Below, in pieces: positions 55,841-64,000 of a stretch of 64,000 bases of DNA. Every line of letters begins with the position of its first letter. Positions within the stretch are counted from its first letter, which is position 1. The DNA is from Eledone cirrhosa (taxonomy: Eukaryota): assembly GCA_964016885.1 (NCBI GenBank), contig OZ024763.1:4588001-4652000 (forward strand). Direction: 5' to 3'. The notes below the pieces were generated by a model that saw only the letters and a list, made by a program, of their open reading frames with translations, searched no databases and was not told the origin of the DNA. The position numbers were made by a program, and so were the translations under genes.

Positions 55841-56010
55841 ATTCATACAGAATATCACACCTGTACAACAAAGTTCACATTCCATCTAATATTAACTACA
55901 TTTACTGATATATACAGCACACAGACTACTAAGACTTTATTGCCACGCCAGGTATTCCAATGTTGACTGTGTATGTGGGAATATATATATACATATATCT
56001 ACACATATGC

Positions 56011-56078
<68 letters not shown>

Positions 56079-56984
56079 GGAGAGAGAGAGAGGCAAGGAA
56101 CAAGACAAAAAGAAGGAGTGCAGTACGAACAGTATATATATATAATAAACAAGAAAAATGATTTCATTTGTCCATCCCTATTTATTTTGTTATACGTATT
56201 TCACACTGGCACCGATGCTAATTCATAAGAAGTTACGAACCCACCTCATTGATTCATGTGTATTTTTTTTATTTATCGTCCTCATTCTTTCCTCTATAAC
56301 ACCTATTACCTTTAATATTCTATGAATTGTAGGGCTTTTAAACATATTTAAATTTGTATTTCCTATTCCACAATGCTTCAAGCAAACTACAACACTCTGT
56401 TATCTTCTATTTTATTTTATCTTATTTATTGTCCTTTCTATTTGGAATTTCATCCTGATCATCTACGCATATTTTGAGTGAGCTGTGTAATTTTTCTATC
56501 TTGTTCAGTTTCTCTAATTATTTTCGAATCCATGTCTCCAGCCACACCACCTTCTCCTCCACCTCCAAGTTCTGCTGTCAGCAAACCTCGTAACTTTGTA
56601 CAATAATAGAATCTATTGTAGAATTTTATATTCATTTAATGATGTCTTAGTTGGAGAGAAACATTCAGAATGTTCCAAGCTGACGAGTTGCTATTTCTAA
56701 TATTATTGACTCGGAATTGTTTTACAACAATGAGAGAAGGTGCGGTAAATACGCAGTAGATTTTTATAAAATTATCCATTCAGCTACTAATATCAACATC
56801 AACCACAATTAATCATATATTAATTTTCATTCAATCAAGCCTACGATAGTAAGACGTGAAGTCAATGTGTCACATGATTTTAATCCCACACCCATTTCAT
56901 GCTTATTCTCGTTATTGACTTAAATTTATCCCAGTGGAACTATTATCGTTTCATGATTGTGGTTGTGGTTGTGGTTGTGGGTGA

Positions 56985-57210
56985 AGGTGCGTGGATTAGT
57001 GTTTAGATAGTTGGATTCACAATCGTGAGGCTGTGAGTCCGATTTCCAGATCGTCTGTGTTGTGTCCTTGAGAAAGACATTTTATTTAACTTTGCTCTGG
57101 TTTACTCAGCTGTAGAAATGAGTGACAACGTCACTGGTTGGCAAGCTGTTTCGGCCTTTGCTTTTTTTTCAGGACAACATTGGCGGCATGGAGAGCGGAG
57201 ACTGGTATGC
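56985..57210 (+). mobile_element. tRNA-derived SINE family 2
   Basis: Similar to 38965-39220 and 30685-30780. Confidence 0.7.
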
Positions 57211-57327
57211 AAAAAGCACATTGCCTGTACTTTGGCTGCGGGGGTGGGGGGAGGGGCATTTTAGGTGCATAATCCATGGTCATTCGTGACCGAAGAGGGT
57301 CTTTACCCTACACATACACACGCGCAT

Positions 57328-58045
<718 letters not shown>

Positions 58046-58085
58046 GACATAGATGTATATGACCTGACATATGTATATATATACG

Positions 58086-58163
<78 letters not shown>

Positions 58164-58230
58164 CATTCATATATATATGTATATATACATATATATATGT
58201 ATATATACATATATACATATATATATACAT

Positions 58231-58303
<73 letters not shown>

Positions 58304-58386
58304 GGAGGTGAGTTTTATTGTAGTACAATAAAGCAATGCAGATATCGGATAAGAAGCACTCTACAGTTTGTGGGACTGGAGTATGC

Positions 58387-58576
58387 ATAATATAAGATCA
58401 AAAGATGGTTAAAGGAGTTCAATATATTTTATTATGCGCATTTCATGTTTTTTTAGCCTTCATATCATGTTCTCCTGTTTTATCTGATGAAAACACAAAT
58501 ATTATTGTTTGGTGATGTTTGTTTTTGAAATGCGCATAATAAAATATATTGAACTCCTTTAACCATCTTTTGATCT

Positions 58577-58583
<7 letters not shown>
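58387..58583. repeat. Inverted repeat (~58-bp arms) around a hammerhead
   Basis: ATAATATAAGATCAAAAG...GCGCATTTCA / TGAAATGCGC...CTTTTGATCTTATATTAT then (TA)n. Confidence 0.88.
58478..58544 (+). ncRNA. Minimal type-I hammerhead ribozyme (intact)
   Basis: TTTTAT-CTGATGA-AAAC..AAATATTATT/GGTGATGTTTGTTT-GAAA-TGCGCA-TA-ATAAAA, with palindromic stem III. Confidence 0.85.
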
Positions 58584-58624
<41 letters not shown>

Positions 58625-59156
58625 GTGTGTGTGTGTTATTGTAAGGTAGGTAACTATTCCATACCTTGATGACCAAAATAAAAGCTAAGAGACCTATTGG
58701 TCCCCAGCTCAGTGGCCATGGCTATCAAATCATAGTCTTCTCTACTCAATAGTATCTGACAGCCATGGCAGGTCTTGGTGTAACTCTCTGTTGGTTATAT
58801 CTTCTCTCCAGCTAATGTTAAAATTCTTCTCAACAACTTAGCACATAATCCACTTATTTTTATTTCTATGGTTCGTGTTATGGCCCAACATTCTGGGCTG
58901 TATGAGAGCCCTGAAAAATCTAGGTTTCCGTTTTCTGTCCATCTGAAAATTACATATTTTGTCTAACTGGTGTACTGCAACCCATGTCAGTCGTTTCTTA
59001 CATTAAAATCATCCTTACTTTCTGGGATATAACTGCCTAAATATTGAAACTGCTGCACCTGATTAATGATTTAACCATTTAAGAATTTTACTTGATAATC
59101 ATCATTGATTCCAACTGTTTCCATACAATTTCTGTTTTGCTAACATTAAGATGTAA

Positions 59157-59935
59157 GGGCGGTGGATTGGCAGTATCGGTAGAGGGTCGGACGCCATGCT
59201 TTGACGCATAGAGTTACGGCCCTTGCCATACTGAGTTCAAATCCCGCCGAGGTTAACTTTGCCTTTCATCCTTAAGGGGTCGATAAAATAAAGTACCAGT
59301 AATGTACTGGGTAATTGCTGGCCTTGTGCCAAAAGTAGAAACAATTAAGATGTAAGGGCGGTGAATTGGCAGTATCAGTAGAGGGTTTGGACGCCATGCT
59401 TTCTAGCATAGTTACGTCCCTTTACAGTCTGAGTTCAAATCCCGCCTAGGTTAACTTTGCCTTTCATCCTTACGGGGTCGATAAAATAAAGTTCCAGTAA
59501 TGTACTGGGTAATTGCTGGCCTTGTGCCAAAAGTAGAAACAATTAAGATGTAAGGGCGGTGAATTGGCAGTATCAGTAGAGGGTTGGACGCCATGCTTTC
59601 TAGCATAGTTACGTCCCTTTACAGTCTGAGTTCAAATCCCGCCTAGGTTAACTTTGCCTTTCATCCTTACGGGGTCGATAAAATAAAGTTCCAGTAATGT
59701 ACTGGGTAATTGCTGGCCTTGTGCCAAAAGTAGAAACAATTAAGATGTAAGGGCGGTGAATTGGCAGTATCAGTAGAGGGTTGGACGCCATGCTTTCTAG
59801 CATAGTTACGTCCCTTTACAGTCTGAGTTCAAATCCCGCCTAGGTTAACTTTGCCTTTCATCCTTACGGGGTCGATAAAATAAAGTTCCAGTAATGTACT
59901 GGGTAATTGCTGGCCTTGTGCCTAAAGTAGAAACA
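59157..59935 (+). mobile_element. Four head-to-tail SINE family A copies separated by a 12-bp TSD
   Basis: ATTAAGATGTAA at 59145, 59344, 59542, 59739 and 59936. Confidence 0.95.
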
Positions 59936-60619
59936 ATTAAGATGTAAACCAACTAGGTTTGCTACTTGTTCAACACAATGTGACAAATGTTTAGTGATTA
60001 ATGGGTCAGTGCGATCTTATCAGTATAAGCCAAATCCGTTTGTCGTATCTCCGAACAACGTCTTTCCCTCCTGTCTATCAGGCATTGCAAATCCTTCTTC
60101 CCATTAATGATCCAAAATAAAATTAACAAAAATGGAAGCAGTAGCGTTCTTCAGAATATGTTTAAAGCCACCCATTGACTATTGGGTTGGTTAGATATGT
60201 CTTGTTAAGCCTATGTTACAGACTTCAAGGCGATATTATGTGAATTATGGTGATTCCTATATCTCTAATACAATCCGCTCCTACAGACGCCCCCCCCCCC
60301 CCTCCACGTCTTTGATTCTTTCATTGCTCTACTCAACTCTTCCAAAGTAAAGAGGCCTTCATTAATTGGTAACTGCTGTTCCATTTGTGGAGGGATGACA
60401 AATTCAATGTCAGGTGGTTTGCCTAAAAGGGAGCTGAAATGTTCATTCCAAAGATAATTCCTGTCCTTCATAGTTCCTTACAGCCTACTAATTGGAGTTG
60501 TCTCTCTTCTAGCAATCAATTCATCTACAGCTGCCACTCCTCACATAATCAGTCACCTGAGAATGAGGTCATTGACCTCTATGAATATCTCTGACATTGT
60601 ACGTCTTATTATTTTACAC

Positions 60620-60720
60620 AGCCGAGGTTGACTTTGCCTTTCATCCTTACGGGGTCGATAAAATAAAGTACCAGTAATGTACTGGGTAATTGCTGGCCTT
60701 GTGCCTAAAGTAGAAACAAT
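60620..60720 (+). mobile_element. 5'-truncated SINE family A with TSD TATTTTACACAGC
   Basis: Direct inspection. Confidence 0.88.
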
Positions 60721-61282
60721 TATTTTACACAGCGTAGTTTTTTTTCATCGTTGGAAATTTCACTGCTTATTTAGCTCAACATAGGATACAATACCACCTC
60801 CACACATTCACAAACCTCGATGGTGAACATCTTTTTGACTTTATGGAATGTTTCGATCTACTGTCAGTAAATAATCCCATTGAAAAAACTAACCTTAAGC
60901 TTTGGACATGTTGCTTAAATGGATGTAAAGGACAAATAGATTACATATTGAGTAGAAAGATGTGGATTTGACCTGTTTACAAGGCAGACTTTTATACAAC
61001 AAATTTTCAAACACTTCTGATCATAGAGTAGTTTCAGCAAACATTAAACTTACGCTCACCAAAGAAGAATATATCTGATTTTCGAACCATAAATAAGGTG
61101 TTCAACAAATTCTCTGAACACATGGAAGTCAACCAGAAGAATCTGATGTTCAACAGAATATGATAGACTCGTGAAATCATGCTCAGAGTTTGGTAAGGTC
61201 CGATTACCGAAATGGATTAACTTGCACCTTTCCAAACCCATAACACAAGCTGAAACAAATCTAAAGAGCGTGATATATATAT

Positions 61283-61550
61283 ATCCCAAAAGTCAGCTCA
61301 AAAGTGACACAGAGGAGATTGAGGTTGGCTGGACATGCTCACCGACATCCAGAGTTGACATTGCACTCAGTGCTCCTTTGGGAGCCCCTACATGGACACA
61401 CTAGAAGAGGAAGACCAAGGTTAACATATGTTGATGCCCTAAGGACAGACACTGGTCTGTTGGAGATGCAGGATATGGCAGCGATAATGAGGGACAGAGA
61501 CCGCTGGAGAGAACTCGTCCATGGATCTCGGGAATTTTACCCGCCTTAGA
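61283..61550 (+). mobile_element. RTE-clade LINE 3' fragment in (TA)n
   Basis: Near-identical to 17727-17993. Confidence 0.88.
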
Positions 61551-61553
61551 TAT

Positions 61554-61610
<57 letters not shown>

Positions 61611-61614
<4 letters not shown>

Positions 61615-61670
61615 AACAAGTAAGACCCCGACGGCTGAACTCAAGCCGTTTCGACGGCTAATTCTGGACT
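61611..61670. mobile_element. Family H left arm only
   Basis: TAGGAACAAGTAAGACCCCGACGGCTGAACTCAAGCCGTTTCGACGGCTA; similar fragments at ~30200 and ~23755. Confidence 0.7.
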
Positions 61671-61732
61671 AATATATGTGTGTATATATATATATGTGTA
61701 TATATATATGTATATATATATATGTATATATA

Positions 61733-61807
<75 letters not shown>

Positions 61808-61828
61808 ATATATATATATATATGTATA

Positions 61829-61873
<45 letters not shown>

Positions 61874-62306
61874 ATGGCGGGCTTCTGCAAATTCCACTTA
61901 CAAGGCATTTGTGAAGACATTTTTTGCCCCTGCTGCATCCACGAAGCGGGACTGAACCCAAAACCACGTGGTTGCGAAGTGAAATCCATACAACCACATA
62001 GCTATGGTTGAATTGATAAAAAAATCCCCTACAATATGAAGACATGAGGTCTATATATGACGTGGCGGTTTTTAAACAATCCCTTTGTGTACTTTCTTGT
62101 TGTTGGCATAAGTTGATGACGGCGTTTAATTCATAATTATCGTTTAAATTTCACGTGATTTTGACGTGATATTATTTATATACTCCGTTGTTATTGTTAT
62201 TTTCATTATTGTTGTTAATATGTTGTTGTTGTTGTTTTTATTGTTGTTGTTAATTTTATTTTATTTGTCGGGCGCTTTTTTTTTTTTTTTTTTTTTTTAT
62301 TTCGTA

Positions 62307-63340
62307 CTAGCTGCAGTACCCGGTAATATCCGGGAAAGGTGGGGTTATTCGCAGTTCGCAGAATGCGCCTGAAAATGCTAGCGACTTTGGGTGCCCATAC
62401 TAGATTTTCAATAGCACCGTTTGCTTTGCGAGATGTGTTTATGGCAGATTAATTTTTTTGTGTGAAACTATCAATAGCTGTAAGTCCTTCTTCCATCTAG
62501 CTTTCTTCATTCAGAGTGAATAAGCCGGGGAATTTTGAGCTCGAAGAGTATCGAACTTATTCAACAAACTTATGTATAAGAATAGCAAACTTACTGCCTT
62601 ACCACTCAAGAGCAAACACAGAATAATTGAGGAAGTCATCGCAATTATTGAAGAAATTATAACCAAGTGAACAGAAATCAGGTACTGTTCAAGCACCCTG
62701 TATATCACCGTTTGTAAAGCCCTTCGAATGACTGAAGCAATTCAATAAAACCATCCCGTTTTCCCCTATAGTAGACATAACCCGAGAAAAAACACCGTAA
62801 TAAGTCGGAAAACAATCAGAAGTGTTGGCTCGAAAAAGGGCCTTGTAACATTCACTGTTGCAAAGTGTCAATAATTGTTTCTACTTTAGGCACAAGGCCA
62901 GCAATTATCCAGTACATTACTGGTACTTTATTTTATCGACCCCGTAAGGATGAAAGGCAAAGTTAACCTCGGCGGGATTTGAACTCAGACTGTAAAGGGA
63001 CGTAACTAAGCTAGAAAGCATGGCGTCCCACCCTCTACCGATACTGCCAATTCACCGTGTCAATAATGGGGGAGAAGTTACATCTTAGTTTGTGTTAATC
63101 TTCCTACGATCCAACACCTCGAAATATCGACAAAATAAACTCTACTCTCCAAGACGCCATGTTACAATTAACATGCCGGGAGTACGAATATTCGTCAACA
63201 TACGATTTGGGTTTTATTCTTTGGACTAATCTCGCGGTAAGCCAACTTTCAGGTCATTGTTCATCACACTTTTTTGTTACTTATCACTGATTCCTGCAGT
63301 TGACCTTAATGTGACCTACGGGTGTGCACGTATTCAGAAT
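62307..63340 (-). mobile_element. Helitron remnant (3' terminus and decayed Pif1-like helicase)
   Basis: - strand CCCGG-ATATT-ACCGGG hairpin then CTAG|T; IIAMTSSII..LLLSGKAV resembles the AVASSGIAATLLxGG motif. The 5' limit is uncertain. Confidence 0.6.
62876..63056 (-). mobile_element. SINE family A with TSD GTGTCAATAAT
   Basis: TSD at 62865-62875 and 63057-63067. Confidence 0.9.
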
Positions 63341-63440
63341 CCATATCAGTAGATGTGATATATATATATATATATGTCAAACGGAACTCAAAACGATAAG
63401 TTCTAGTTTTGAATATGTCACTATCTGTAAAACAACTTTT

Positions 63441-63503
63441 TATTTTATCTGATGAGAGTGTACCAAAAATGTTGGATACCCTTGAAATATATATAATAAA
63501 ATA
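63441..63503 (+). ncRNA. Minimal type-I hammerhead ribozyme (family C, intact)
   Basis: TATTTTAT-CTGATGA-GAG.GTACCAA..TTGGATAC.CTT-GAAA-TATATA-TA-ATAAAATA: perfect 8-bp stem I, palindromic stem III. Confidence 0.87.
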
Positions 63504-63555
63504 TATATGGTTTTATAAAGATAGTTTCCATTTATTAATATTATTGATATTATAC

Positions 63556-63627
63556 GGGGTCGATAAAATAAAGTACCAGTAATACACTGGGTAACTGCTG
63601 GCCTTGTGCCAAAAGTAGAAACAATTG
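63556..63627 (+). mobile_element. SINE family A 3' fragment with TSD TTGATATTATAC
   Basis: Direct inspection. Confidence 0.85.
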
Positions 63628-64000
63628 TTGATATTATACTCCAGAAGAATCTTGTAGAGTGCTTATAATCTGTTATAAACTAACTTTGTTGAATAACCAA
63701 CAAATTAAATAACTCATTGCTTATATATGGGATAACAAGTTATCGTTTTAGGTAATCCAGTTCGAGGTTGTGAGTACTCTGTACTATGGATAGTTTTAAC
63801 ATACGGCTTTGTTTGAGTCAACAAGAGGTTTCCTTGGTTAGGTGGCGAGTTTGCGAGAATTCTCATGCAGGGGGTTCTTGGAGTAATAACAGTAAAAGAG
63901 TGAAGAATACCATGGTCGGCTGTACAAATAATTATTTGCAACAAAATCGATTTGGGTTCTAAAAATTTACCGAATTTTTATCATAATTTACTATTATGGG

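Larger units (their letters stand above)
58650..61270. mobile_element. Decayed RTE-clade LINE with inverted 5' part
   Basis: - strand 58650-60600: LWNEHFSSLLGKPP..FTLEEL, FQYLGSYI. + strand 60780-61270: APE motifs GEHLFDF..KLWT..QIDYIL..SDHRVV. Confidence 0.82.

Overview
AT-rich, repeat-saturated animal genomic DNA. The SINE, satellite and microsatellite content resembles an octopod cephalopod (inference). Most listed ORFs are translations of micro- or minisatellites. One credible host gene was found on the - strand: a signal-peptide exon (39341-39386) spliced in phase 1 to a repeat exon (36674-37632), giving a ~334-aa secreted, acidic, Thr-rich protein made of 36 TTQAD(D/E)P(EV) units. The signal the ORF track misses is RNA-structural. 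There are about 14 minimal type-I hammerhead ribozyme motifs (about 9 with an intact core) from several unrelated sequence families. They sit with Penelope-like element (PLE) remnants, and related small elements inserted in (TA)n tracts carry self-templated fold-back palindromes. Also present: Tx1/L1-like, RTE-like and CRE-like LINE remnants, two tRNA-derived SINE families (including a 4-copy TSD-spaced array), Helitrons, and tandem arrays of 89, 51, 42, 39/78, 33, 29 and 21 bp, three of which multiply a canonical TF motif. Boundaries of degenerate elements are approximate and family calls are from motif recognition, not database searches.
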